Below are positions 12,422 to 23,474 of a DNA stretch of 64,000 nucleotides, piece by piece. The stretch's first letter is position 1; each line of letters starts with the position of its first letter. The stretch spans positions 30,938,001 through 31,002,000 of the forward strand of contig NC_086123.1 of NCBI RefSeq assembly GCF_963921235.1. The letters are read 5' to 3'. The stretch is from Mobula hypostoma (Eukaryota). The translations under genes and the position numbers were made by a program. The notes below the pieces were generated by a model, which saw nothing but the letters and a program-made list of their open reading frames with translations, ran no database searches and had not been told where the DNA came from.

Positions 12422-13114
12422 TCAGCCTCCACGTAGCCGGAGCAGCAGAGAGATGGTGGTTAGTGGTCTGATGTTGTAGTCGGAGAGCAATCGCCCATCC
12501 TCCAACTGTTTGCCCTCGTAAACCAGGCGCTGCTGGTCGGGTCTGACCCCCTCCTGCCGATGGACCCGCTCTTTAAAATTCTGCACGGACTCAGAGGGCA
12601 TCACATCGTACGTCGAGGTTTTCCCCTTTTCATTCAGGAGAAATATCTGCATGGATTCCTCTTTGCTAACCAACATGATGGTGGTTTGTGGTCTGATGTT
12701 GTAGTCGGAGAGCAATCGCCCATCCTCCAACTGTCTGCCCTCGTAAACCAGGCGCTGCTGGTCGGGTCTGACCCCCTCCTGACGATGGACCCGCGCTTTA
12801 AACTTCTGCACGGACTCAGAAGGCATCACGTCGTACGTCGAGGTTTTCCCCTTGTCATTCCGGAGAAATATCTGCATGGATTCCTCTTTCGTGACCAGCA
12901 ACATGACGGTGGGGCTGGGGTTGAGGTTGTAGTAGCTCAGACTTCTCTGGTCTTGCATCTCCACGCTTTGGCCATTTTGCACCATCAGACGCTGTTGGAA
13001 AATGGGCACCTTGGTCTTTTCCTGGATTTTCATCTTGAGAGTCGACACTTGAATGGAAGGGTCGACATCAAGGTCGAAACCATCGCCGCTGATAAACCTC
13101 ACCTGAAGTCTCAT
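12422..13114 (-). CDS. ISG15: ISG15-like modifier A, three Ubl domains (230 aa), C-terminal LRLRGG
   Basis: Divergent N-terminal Ubl followed by two near-identical Ubl domains. The [11 protein letters not shown] motif resembles human ISG15 RNNKGRSSTYEV. Ends LRLRGG-stop, with no internal GG. Splice acceptor 12 nt upstream of the ATG; ISRE promoter upstream. Confidence 0.85.
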   Translation of the reverse strand: MRLQVRFISGDGFDLDVDPSIQVSTLKMKIQEKTKVPIFQQRLMVQNGQSVEMQDQRSLSYYNLNPSPTVMLLVTKEESMQIFLRNDKGKTSTYDVMPSESVQKFKARVHRQEGVRPDQQRLVYEGRQLEDGRLLSDYNIRPQTTIMLVSKEESMQIFLLNEKGKTSTYDVMPSESVQNFKERVHRQEGVRPDQQRLVYEGKQLEDGRLLSDYNIRPLTTISLLLRLRGG

Positions 13115-13126
13115 CTTGTCAAATCG

Positions 13127-14534
13127 CTGTGGAGAAAGGAGAAGTGATTAGAGAGTTTTTACATCAGCAGGGCATGAATATGAGGTATTAATATGGCATT
13201 GCCTATAATATCAACATAATTAGACTATTTACTAAGATCTGTAGACAAGCGGCAAAAGACAAACCACTCTTTCCCTCGCAGTTCTAAAGGAATTTTGAGC
13301 CGCAATACTGACAATTGACGGGAGAGGGACTCCGTGAGCCGGTGGGTTTAAACATTTTTGAACTTGATTCGATTAGCGGCAAAAAAATGTGTAAGTGTCT
13401 CATTGGGACCGTAGTAAATGTGCAACTTGTTTAGATTTCTAAGCCAGGACCATTCTAACCGCCGCTTAATAGGGGAAATAGGGGAATAGGTGACTTTTGT
13501 CACATCGCGTTAATGGTGCACCGGGGAGAGCATTCGGACTTGTTGCATCACCGTCTGATATGGAGGGGCCACGACACAGGGTCAGAAAAAGCTGCGGAGG
13601 GTGGTAAACTCATCCAGCTCCATCATGGGCACCAACAGAGAGTATCTTCAAAAGCTAATACCTCACGGAGAAGGCATCGATCATTCTGGGCCTGCAGGTC
13701 ATGCCCGCTTCTCATTGCTACCACCAGCGAGGAGCCTGCGGACTCACGCTCAACGTTTCATGAACAGATGAACTACTGAACAGTACTTTTGCTTCACACA
13801 CACGCGTAAATGTATACTGTATATACTGTATATGTGTGTGTGTGTATGCTATTATAATTTATATTTATGTTATGTACAGTACTGCCGCCGCAAATTGCCA
13901 AGTTTATCGATTTAAGTTAGTGGTGGTCGTCACAATTCTGATTCTAAATCGATTCTACTGCGAATGAACTCCATTTTACTTTCAACCAAACATTCGCGCC
14001 CCTGCTTTCCTGCAGAGAAAGTGTTCACTAACGACCCAGATTTCCCGAGTCACTCAATTCACGCGCAAATTATTGTCGTGACATGAACGAAGATTTCATG
14101 CACCGTTTTAACAAGACCGTCACTCTACATCAGCCGATTGACGGGTTTCACCGAACCGTGAGCCTATCAATCCGAGAAGCAGGAGTGGCCATTCGGCCTG
14201 CACCGCTATTCAATGATATCCCCGATGATCTTTTACCTCGCCGCTAGTTGCCAACATTTGTCGCATATCTATTGCCCCCTTTCTGTAAAGTTAGTTTTCT
14301 ACTAACTTGTTCTCGCCCCGCGTTTTGTCAGCGGTAGAGACTACATTTCCCACCCGGTTCACAGGATGCTAGTAATTTAAATTATATCGTCAATGTTGTA
14401 AACAGGTAGATAAAAATGAGAACTTTGAGATAATCAAATAAAGTCTTACAATTTTTGTCGACAGTACAGGAAGTCAGGACGAATCTGAAGAAAATCTGAT
14501 CCGCAGCTTTTTTTCTTTGCCCTTTATTCCGCAC
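13127..14534 (-). other. 5'UTR intron of gene A (equivalent acceptors at 21793, 31459, 41039, 50761, 60363)
   Basis: Minus strand reads ctaatcacttctcctttctccacAG|cgatttgacaagATG (branch point, polypyrimidine tract, AG). The candidate donor G|GTGCGG at 14534 is conserved in all units including the diverged left unit, but is less certain than the acceptor. Confidence 0.65.
13515..13780 (+). mobile_element. Old Rex1/Babar-derived fragment in the intron of each gene
   Basis: gagagcatt...tgcatcaccgtctgatatggag parallels the ESIL.GCITTWYG region of the element at 26105. Confidence 0.5.
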
Positions 14535-14637
14535 CGACTTTCAGCTCTGGTCCGGGTAAATCAATAGAAATTCTCCGGCTGCTGCTGATCGGTATCCCCG
14601 CACCTGCAACTCTGCGTCTCTCCGCCTCCCCCGGCTC

Positions 14638-14828
14638 GCTTTATCTCTGCCCCCGTTTCTGAACGTCACCGCGCCGCTGGGCTGATCTCACGGCCCGCTG
14701 TCACTGTGTTGACAAACAAACCAATCAGGTTCCAGCCGAAGTTTCGTTTCCGAAAAATTCCCCGCAGTAAATTGGAAACGTGTTCGCTCTGTTACAGGGT
14801 TCAACGCTATCGGCTGATTCACTTTCGG
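14638..14828 (-). promoter_or_regulatory. Interferon-responsive promoter of A
   Basis: ISRE AGTTTCGTTTCC at 14740-14751; abutting NF-kB-like GAAAAATTCCCC at 14752-14763; CCAATCA at 14721; IRF-E-like TTCACTTTCGG at 14818-14828; GATAAA TATA-variant at ~14640 (minus strand). Confidence 0.75.
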
Positions 14829-16548
14829 ATTCCGTTCTGGTGTCAGCATCTGCAACAATAACACAGGCACAGGGAAGTCGAGAATGTGAAACCCGATCTT
14901 GAAACGGAAAATAACCTTAAACGTGTCATCTCCGAATACATTTATCTGGTTCATTCAGTGACAACCTAAGTGATAAAATGCACGAATCCACCGAAACAAA
15001 ACAACACAACTGGGCCCAATCCACATCACCTCTATTTCCCCATCATTCTTGCCCAGATCCCCGTGGGCTGAGCAGCCGTAGTGTTACCCCGTTTCCCGAG
15101 CTTCACCCCATCCAGCATATCAATCTTTTCAACGTCCACCATCTCCACCGTGATTCCACAACCCGTCACACATTCTGCTCTGCACCTCTTTCTGCTCTCG
15201 GCATGGACCCCTCGGTGCGTGACTTACAGGTCCTCAGATCCCTCACCCCACCCCACCTCCCCCACCCCCACCAGCGGAACTTCATAGGATGTGTTGCAGC
15301 TGACCTCTCCAATGGTCAGCCCGCCTCCATCACCCACCAGGGCCCTAAAGGGAGACCCAGGAGATCATACAGACGCCAGGAATCTTGAAGAGCAGCCAAA
15401 ATAGTTGGGGGAACTCTGGAGGTCAGGCAGCATCATTGAAGGGAAATGAACATCCATAATTCACTCGAGATCCTTCATCAGGATTGGAAAGAAAGGGGGC
15501 TGAAGCCAGAATAAGGAGGAGGGATGAGAGAGAGGTGGAGTATAAATTAGTGAGGGGGAGAATGGATGGGTGTGGGAGTGGGGATGATGTGAGAAGACGG
15601 GAGGTGATCAGTGTAAGCACTAAGGGGCTGAAGAAGAAGGAATCTGATCGGAAGGGGCAGGAGACCATGGAAGGAGATGGGGAACCTGGGAGGGTCATGA
15701 GGGTGGGGGAGGAAAGAGGTGAGAGGGTCACCAAAGTAGGAAAAAAACCTAAAGGGGGAGTGTTGACCAGAGGTTAGAGGTTAATGCCGTCAGGTTAAAG
15801 ACTACTCAGGCCGAGAATGAGATATTGCTCCCCCAGATTGTGCTTGGCTTCATCGTGGCAGTGTCCTAAACTGCCCTTCCAGGTGAGGCGGACATTCACG
15901 TGCACCTCCCTTGGCTTTCTTTATTGTATCAAGGGCTTCTGATGTGGTGTCCTCTATTTTGGTGAGACCAGGTGGAAATTAGACTGGGAATCTCTTATCA
16001 GATTCCATCATCTGCAGCTCTTTATCACCTCCACCCATCACTTCCCAGCTTCTGTCCCCATGTTCACTCTCCCTCCTCCATCCGCCTATCATCCCTTCTC
16101 ACCTGGATCCATCTGGTGTTTAGGACAGCAATAAAGGAACTCCGTTCCCATCGGTACAAAAGGTTTCTTCATTGCTGTTTCTGTGACAATTGCTTATTGA
16201 CCAGTCACGGTTCTTATCCATGAGCTGAACACCTGAACCTGGAGGTGCGCTGGTCCACTGTTACTTTGCCCTCTAACCTTTATCTGTTTGACACAGGTGA
16301 CCCTACCAAGAGCCAAAGCAAAAGGCCTGACTCCAGCCAACGTAACTCTCTGGGTCATTGAGGCACACAAGTCTCCAAGCCCTATGACAAGGTTGTGGTC
16401 CTCTTGGAATAGATTTACCTGAGCAATCATTAACTACTTGAGAGGTCAGGTGGACATTGCTAATGATCAGAATAAGCATAATAAAAATGTGGAATCATAT
16501 AATTTGCAATAATGATTAAGTTAATATGCGGAATTATCTTCTGGCATG

Positions 16549-17550
16549 TACGTCCACACTACACCGGATAATTTTGAAAATGAAGCTTTTTCCCTTCGTT
16601 TTGCTCTCCCGTCCACACTTAGCCGGCGTTTTCAGCCCCCGAAAACGGAGATTTTCGAAAACACTCTCCAGAGTGAATAAATTTGAAAACGCTTAATATC
16701 CGGCGTAGTGTGTACGGGGTAAACGGAGAGTTTAAAAACGTTGTCATAACAACACCACAACAACAATGCTTTTTTCTGCTTCTGCTTGGTACTGCGCAAG
16801 CTGTTATAACGCGCAGTCGGTGTGAACGGCGTGAGAGTTAAATTGTGAAGTGAGCTTTTTTGACTATTTAAAAACGCTGTCATGACGTGCCGGAACAGAT
16901 GTTCGTTGTTTTCTTGAACGCCACCACCTAACAATTTCAGAACAGCCGGCAACGAGACTGAAGCCAGAAGAGTTATGTACTCACCAAATACTTTGACCCA
17001 TAGCTTACTGAATAAATAAGTATACTCACTTCGCCCTGTTTTCTGTCCTTGCTTGTATGAAGGTGGTTTACCTATTTATGCAAGTACTTCTCTGACAATA
17101 GATGTGTAACAGCCTAATGTAACATTGTATGGAAATACAAGATAACACTGATGCAGACATGTTTTATACATTTAACAAGGTGCTTTATTAAAGCAACAGA
17201 GTTAGTCAGTTTTTCAATGTTTGTCGTCAGCTGGGTCATACTGTCCGTGAACTCCCTGCCGGTTGCCTCCATACGCTCCAGTATTTTTTTTAAAGTTTTA
17301 AGTCCTCCTGCGCGAGAGCCAAGAGCAATTCCTTTAAAGTTTTTCTACTCTGTAACTGGACAAACGCGCACTAAGAATACCGTTTCTTCTCAGCTTGTTT
17401 TCTGTGTCCTGCGCATGCCCAGTAGGAGGAGATTCGCCCAAATATCCGCCTAATGTGGACGGAGATATTTTGAAAAACGCTTAGTGTGGACGCCTGTCGT
17501 TTTTACCCGAAAGCGGCGTTTTCAAAATTATCCGGCGTAGTGTAGACGTA
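16549..17550. mobile_element. ~1 kb non-autonomous DNA transposon (Harbinger-like TIRs)
   Basis: tacgtccacactacaccggataattttgaaaa and ttttcaaaattatccggcgtagtgtagacgta inverted termini; unique to this unit; ~45 bp of host sequence missing at the site. Confidence 0.7.
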
Positions 17551-18604
17551 GAAGAACCGTTGAACCAAAAAATCAATTTACACCTAATTCTTAAAATGCA
17601 TGGACTCATTGATTGATTTACTTTATTTTGCCTCTTCTTGGTCCAACAAGAGTCTTTTAAAGTTTTTAAAAGAATAAAAGGGGCAATTTTTAAACCTTTA
17701 TTTAGGGGTAATTGAGTATTCAGGTTTTAGAAGACAAATGGATTTCAGCCTCGCCACATCAGCAGAATTGGTAGTGAGTAGAGATTCAGAACCTTAATAC
17801 CATCTGCACCAAATGAACGTGTTTCCATTTCAATTACATCTATATCCAAGGCAAGGGGCTGACAAATAGGCAAATATGTGCGGAAGAGGGAATTCATACT
17901 GGAACTTTTGAAAATTGTTTTCACAATTCCATGCTTAATGATGTAGGAAAGGGAGTAAGTGAGGGAAGAGTAACACAGAATGGGGAATAGTGCTATTTGG
18001 ACTTCCAATATTTGCTTAGGATATAATAGGAAAGAATGCAGAATAGCTAATATAATAATTCCATTGTGTAAATTGTTAAATGTGAATTGGGGTTTTTGGG
18101 AATCATGTACATGGTTCAAACGCCACAATCAAACTTTGGTCAAGATACTTCATCTCTTACCAGGGTCTACAGAACTAGATGTAAGCAATCACACAGAAAT
18201 GCCAGTGTTCATACATTCGACTTTTATTAAGAAAAGTCATTTCAAATCATATTGAAAATTTCAATAGTGAACATTGCAAAACATTTAGAACTTCAACGAA
18301 TCTGATTTTATTGAACTATTAATGCTAAAATGAAAATAAAAGTCCATTGGAAGGACACAGTAACTGAAGCAATTCTTGAGGATATTAAGGTAAAGCAGTA
18401 AGTCATCTCCCCTCCCTCCATTAAACCCAATCTTTTTAGTGGGATTTGTTTTAAAACATAGTAAATTGAAATTGCCACAGCAGTTATTTCTGGGTCTTTG
18501 AGTGAGACCAGTTTTGTGTGGGAAGGCATAGACCATCAGATTGTGATCAGCCATTCGGAGTTTCATTGATCTGAACAGGAGGTGCAGATTGCCAGAGTTC
18601 CTTT

Positions 18605-20765
18605 CTTTTTTAATCTTTTTATTAGTTTTCAAGTTCATATACATAATAACAATAGTGATACAAAGAGATTTGAAATACCTTACTGTTAAAAACATATAGA
18701 AAAAAGACTACAAAATAGTACATGTGTAATAGACTTCCAAACTCTTGATATAGTTAATCATGAAGAAAAAAAGAAATAAAAAGAAAAGGATATCGCAAAG
18801 GAAAAACCCCAAAAAAACAACAAAAAAACTGAAAATAGAACTAATTGTTAAACCCCCCAAAAATACAAACAGAACAAAATATTGCTGAACCAATATATTA
18901 GATCGAATAATTAGATCAATTCATTAATGTCATCAACTCTGCTCCTCTATTCGTATATTCTAAGTTAATAAAAAGGATTCAAAAAAGATCAAACTACATC
19001 ATATGAAAACGTTGAATAAATGGCTTCCAAGTCTCTTCAAATTTAACTGAAGGATCAAAAATGACCCTTCTGATTTTTTCTAAATTTAAACATGATATCA
19101 TTTGGGAAAACCATTGAAATGTAGTAAGGGTGGTTGGTCTCTTTCCAATTCAATAAAATGGATCTTCTGGCCATTAATGTGACAAATGCAATCATCCAAC
19201 AGGCTGAAGAAGATAAAGAGCTATGTTCCATCATTGGAAAACCAAAAATTGCCGTAATAGGATGGGGTTCTAAATCAAAATGCACAACTATTGAAATAAT
19301 ATCAAAAATATCTTTCCAAAATTTTTCAAGAGAGGGCAGGACCAGAACATATGAGTCAAAGAAGCCACCTCAGAGTGACATCTGTCACAAACAGGATTTA
19401 CGTGGGAGTTAAAACGAGCTAGTTTATCTTTAGCCATGTGGGCCCTATGCAACACCTTAAATTGTATCAGCGTATGTTTAGCACATATAGAGGAAGAGCT
19501 AATGGAAAAATTTTCTCCCATTTCTCTAAAGGTAAGTGAAGTTGAAGTTCCATTTCCCATTCATTCTTAATTTTATCGGACATACCTGGCTGTATTTTCA
19601 TAATTATATCATAAATAGTTGCTATTAATCCCTTCTTTTCTTTTTAAATCTTTTTCATTAATTTTCAAAATTATAAACAAAATAACAATGTTGATACAAA
19701 GAGATTGGAATAATCTTATTATTAGTAAACATATACAAAAAAGATTTCAAATAACATAGGTATAATAGACTTCCAAACTCATGATGAAATTAACCATAAA
19801 GAAGAAAAAGAAATAAAAAGAAAAAAATATATATAAAGAACTCCCCCCCCCAAAAAAAGAACCAAATACTAAACCCCAAAAAAGCAAACGGATATTAATC
19901 CCTTCTGATTAGGATTTAAACCTAAAATTTTTCCCATGATATCAGTAGAGCGTAAAATCAGAAAGGTAGACAGTGTGGCATGTAAAAAGATTCTTATTTG
20001 TAAGTATCTAAAAAAATGGGATCTCGGCAAGTTATATTTATTAGATAACTGTTCACAAGACATGAAACAGTTATTCAAAAATAAATCATGGAAACATGTT
20101 ATACCCTTCATTTTCCATATCAAAAAGGCTTGATCCTTTGGAGAAAAATTAGATATAATAGTGCTTGATAATATAAATTTGTTCAAACCAAAAAAATTAC
20201 TAAATTGGAACCATTTTCATAAAGTATATTTAATTATTGGATTAACCATTTGTTTATTCAATTTAGAAAACACAAAGGAAAGTGAAGTTCCTAAAATAGA
20301 AACCGGTGAAAACCCTTGTACAGAGTAACCTTCAAGGTCTACCAATTGTGCACTTGGAATTATATCCCAATCTTGTGTCCAAAATATTAAATATCCAATA
20401 TTAATTGCCCAGTATTAAAATCATAAATTCCGCATTGCTAAACCACCATCTTTCTTCGACTTCTGTAAATATTTTTTACTTAACCTAGGATTTTTATTCT
20501 GCCATATATAAGATGAAAGTTTAGAATCAATAGTATCAAAAAAAGATTTAGGAATAAAAATTGGTACCACGTGAAATAGATATAAAAATTTTGGTAGAAT
20601 AATCATTTTAATAGTATTGATTCGGCCAATCAATGGTAGAGACAATGATGACCATTCAGTAAGCAATTGTTTAACCTGACTAATTAACGATAAAAAATTG
20701 AGCTTGAATAAGTCCTTATGTCTCTTATCAATTTTAACCCCCAAGTAAGTAAAAAATTCAGTAAT
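18605..20765 (-). mobile_element. 5'-truncated L1-clade LINE with ~20-bp TSD and a nested L1 3'-end insertion (19637-19892)
   Basis: GRINTIKMIILPKFLYLF and CDRC..HMFWSC zinc finger. TSD cag(a/g)ttgccagagttccttt at 18585-18604 and 20766-20785; nested TSD tattaatcccttct. Confidence 0.85.
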
Positions 20766-20835
20766 CAGGTTGCCAGAGTTCCTTTGATTTTGTTAATATC
20801 TGGCCTCTGCAAAACTGACTACCCATGTTTTCCAG

Positions 20836-20977
20836 GCTAAGAAGGCAACAAGGTGACAAGCAACAAACCTCGATGGGAATTTATGTCGTTGTCCAACTGA
20901 CACCCCATCAGTACAGCATTAATACAGAGTGGAAATTGGTCCTTTGTCCAACTTGTGAATATCACTGTGGAACGTAA
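20836..20977 (+). pseudogene. Copy of convergent terminal exon (further copies 30727-30868, 40298-40439, 50029-50170, 59622-59763)
   Basis: ttttccAG|G acceptor and open 46-codon frame retained in all six copies. Confidence 0.55.
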
Positions 20978-21066
20978 CAGATAGGCAGGGTAAAGTAACA
21001 AAGTGCTAATGACAGAATTTAGGAATGCAATAAAGTACCACTAAATTATATTTAATCACAGTTCTC

Positions 21067-21780
21067 TTAACCATCAGCGGGAGTAAATCTGCCTCCACCT
21101 AGCCGGAGCAGCAGAGAGATGGTGGTTCGTGGTGTGATGTTGTAGGCGGAGAGCAATCGCCCATCCTCCAACTGTTTGCCCTCGTAAACCAGGCGCTGCT
21201 GTTCGGGTCTGACCCCCTCCCGCCGATGGACCCGCGCTTTAAACTTCTGCACGGACTCAGAGGGCATCACGTCGTACGTCGAGGTTTTCCCCTTGTCATT
21301 CAGGAGAAATATCTGCATGGATTCCTCTTTGCTAACCAACATGACGGTGGTTTGTGGTCTGATGTTGTAGTCGGAGAGCAATCGCCCATCCTCCAACTGT
21401 CTGCCCTCGTAAACCAGGCACTGCTGGTCGGGTCTGACCCCCTCCTGCCGATGGACCCGCGCTTTAAACTTCTGCATGGACTCAGAGGGCATCACATCGT
21501 ACGTCGAGGTTTTCCCTTTGTCATTCCGGAGAAATATCTGCATGGATTCCTCTTTCGTGACCAGCAACAGGACGGTGGGGCTGGGGTTGAGGTTGTAGTA
21601 GCTCAGACTTCTGTCGTCCTGCATCTCCACGCTTTGGCCATTTTGCACCATCAGACGCTGTTGGAAAATGGGCACCTTGGTCTTTTCCTGGATTTTCATC
21701 TTGAGTGTCGACACTTGAATGGAAGGGTCGACAGCAAGTTCGAAACCATCGCCGCTGATAAACCTCACCTGAAGTCTCAT
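21067..21780 (-). CDS. ISG15: ISG15-like modifier B, three Ubl domains (237 aa), altered C-terminus LRLGGG-RFTPADG
   Basis: Paralog of A with CGT>GGT (R>G) in the LRLRGG motif and TGA>AGA stop loss, giving a 7-aa extension. ORF, acceptor and promoter intact. Confidence 0.78.
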   Translation of the reverse strand: MRLQVRFISGDGFELAVDPSIQVSTLKMKIQEKTKVPIFQQRLMVQNGQSVEMQDDRSLSYYNLNPSPTVLLLVTKEESMQIFLRNDKGKTSTYDVMPSESMQKFKARVHRQEGVRPDQQCLVYEGRQLEDGRLLSDYNIRPQTTVMLVSKEESMQIFLLNDKGKTSTYDVMPSESVQKFKARVHRREGVRPEQQRLVYEGKQLEDGRLLSAYNITPRTTISLLLRLGGGRFTPADG

Positions 21781-23283
21781 CTTGTCAAATCGCTGTGGAG
21801 AAAGGAGAAGTGATTAGAGAGTTTTTACATCAGCAGGGCATGAACTATGAGGTATTAATATGGCATTGCCTATAATATCAACATAATTAGACTATTTACT
21901 AAGATCTGTAGACAAGCGGCAAAAGACAAACCACTCTTTCCCTCGCAGTTCTAAAGGAATTTTGAGCCGCAATACTGACAATTGACGGGAGAGGGACTCC
22001 GCGAGCCGGTGGGTTTAAACATTTTTGAACTTGATTCGATTAGCGGCAAAAAAAATATGTAAATGTTACTCATTGGAACCGCAGTAAATGTGCAACTTGT
22101 TTAGATTTCTAAGCCAGGACCATTCCAACCGCAGTTTAATAGGGGAAAAATCACTTCTGTCACATCGCGTTAATGGTGTACCGGGGAGAGCATTCGGACT
22201 TGTTGCATCACCGTCTGATATGTAGGGGCAACGACACAGGGTCAGAAAAAGCTGCAGAGGGTGGTAAACTCATCCAGCTCCATCATGGGCACCAACAGAG
22301 GATATCTTCAAAAGGTGATACCTCACGGAGAGGGCATCGATCATTCTGGGCCTGCAGGTCATGCCCGCTTCTCATTGCTACCACCAGCGAGGAGCTTGAA
22401 GACTCACGCTCAACGTTTCATGAACAGATGAACTACTGAACAGTACTTTTGCTTGTGTGTGTGTGTGTGTGTGTGTGCGCGCGCTATTATAATTTATATT
22501 ATGTTTTATGTACTGTATTGAACTGCCGCCGCAAATTGCCAAATTTATCGATTTAAGTTAGTGGTGATCACCCCAATTCTGATTCTAAATCGATTCTGCT
22601 GAGAATGAACTCCATTTTACTTTCAACCAAACATTCACCCTCCACGCCCGCTTTCCTGCACAGAAAGAGTCCACTCCTGACCCAGACTTCCCGAGTCACT
22701 CAATTCACACGCAAATTATTGTCGTGACATGAACGAAGATTTCATGCACCGTTTAACAAGACCGTTACGCTACATCAGCCGATTAACGGGTTTCACCGAA
22801 CCGTGAGCCTATCAATCTGAGAAGCAGGAGTGGCCATTCGGCCTGCACCGCTATTCAATGATATCCCCGATGATCTTTTACCTCGCCGCCAGTTGACAAC
22901 AATTTGTCGCGGATCTATTGCCACTTTCTGTAAAGTTAGTTTTCTACTAACTTGTTCTCGCCCCGCGTTTTGTCAGCGGTAGAGACTACATTTCCTGCCC
23001 GGTTCAGAGGATCTTAGTAATTTAAATTATACCGTCAATGTTGTAAACAGCTAGATAAAAATGAGAACTTTGAGATAATCAAATAAAGTCTTACAATTTT
23101 TGTCGACAGTGCAGGAAGTCAGGACGAATCTGAAGAAAATCTGATCCGCAGCTTTTTTTCTTTGCCCTTTATTCCGCACCGACTTTCAGCTCTGGTCCGG
23201 GTAAATCAATAGAAATTCTCGGGCTGCTGCTGATCGGTATCCCCGCTCCTGCAACTCTGCGTCTCTCCGCCTCCCCCGGCTCG

Positions 23284-23474
23284 CTTTATCTTCTGCTCCC
23301 GTTTCTGAACGTCACCGCGCCGCTGGGCTGATCTCACGGCCCGCTGTCGCTGTGTTGATAAACAAACCAATCAGGTTCCAGCCGAAGTTTCGTTTCCGAA
23401 AAATTCCCCGCAGGGAATTGGAAATGCATGCGCCCTGTTACAGGGTTCAACGCTATCGGCTGAGTCACTTTCGG
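23284..23474 (-). promoter_or_regulatory. Interferon-responsive promoter of B
   Basis: ISRE 23386-23397, kB-like 23398-23409, perfect AP-1 TGAGTCA 23461-23467 next to CTTTC. Confidence 0.75.

Noticed and set aside
12422-12424. Selenocysteine recoding of the TGA after GG
   Set aside because: The predicted 3'UTR is ~50 nt and AT-rich with no recognisable SECIS; paralog B has Arg, not Cys, at this codon.
12422-13114. Polyubiquitin (UBB/UBC) call for the repeated Ubl ORFs
   Set aside because: Units are only ~55% identical to ubiquitin or less, lack internal GG cleavage sites, and carry ISG15-type motifs and ISRE promoters.
12560-13147. 195-aa plus-strand ORFs (also 21226-21813)
   Set aside because: Antisense shadows of the Ubl CDS.
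14598-14606. CAG|GTGCGG donor near the TSS of A
   Set aside because: GT is absent (GA) in the other five paralogs; the conserved site at 14534 is preferred.
15972-16223. Recurrent short ORFs (MEIRLG..., MADHN..., MVYRGE..., MHEST...)
   Set aside because: They recur only because the unit is duplicated; frames break between copies and several lie in decayed repeats.
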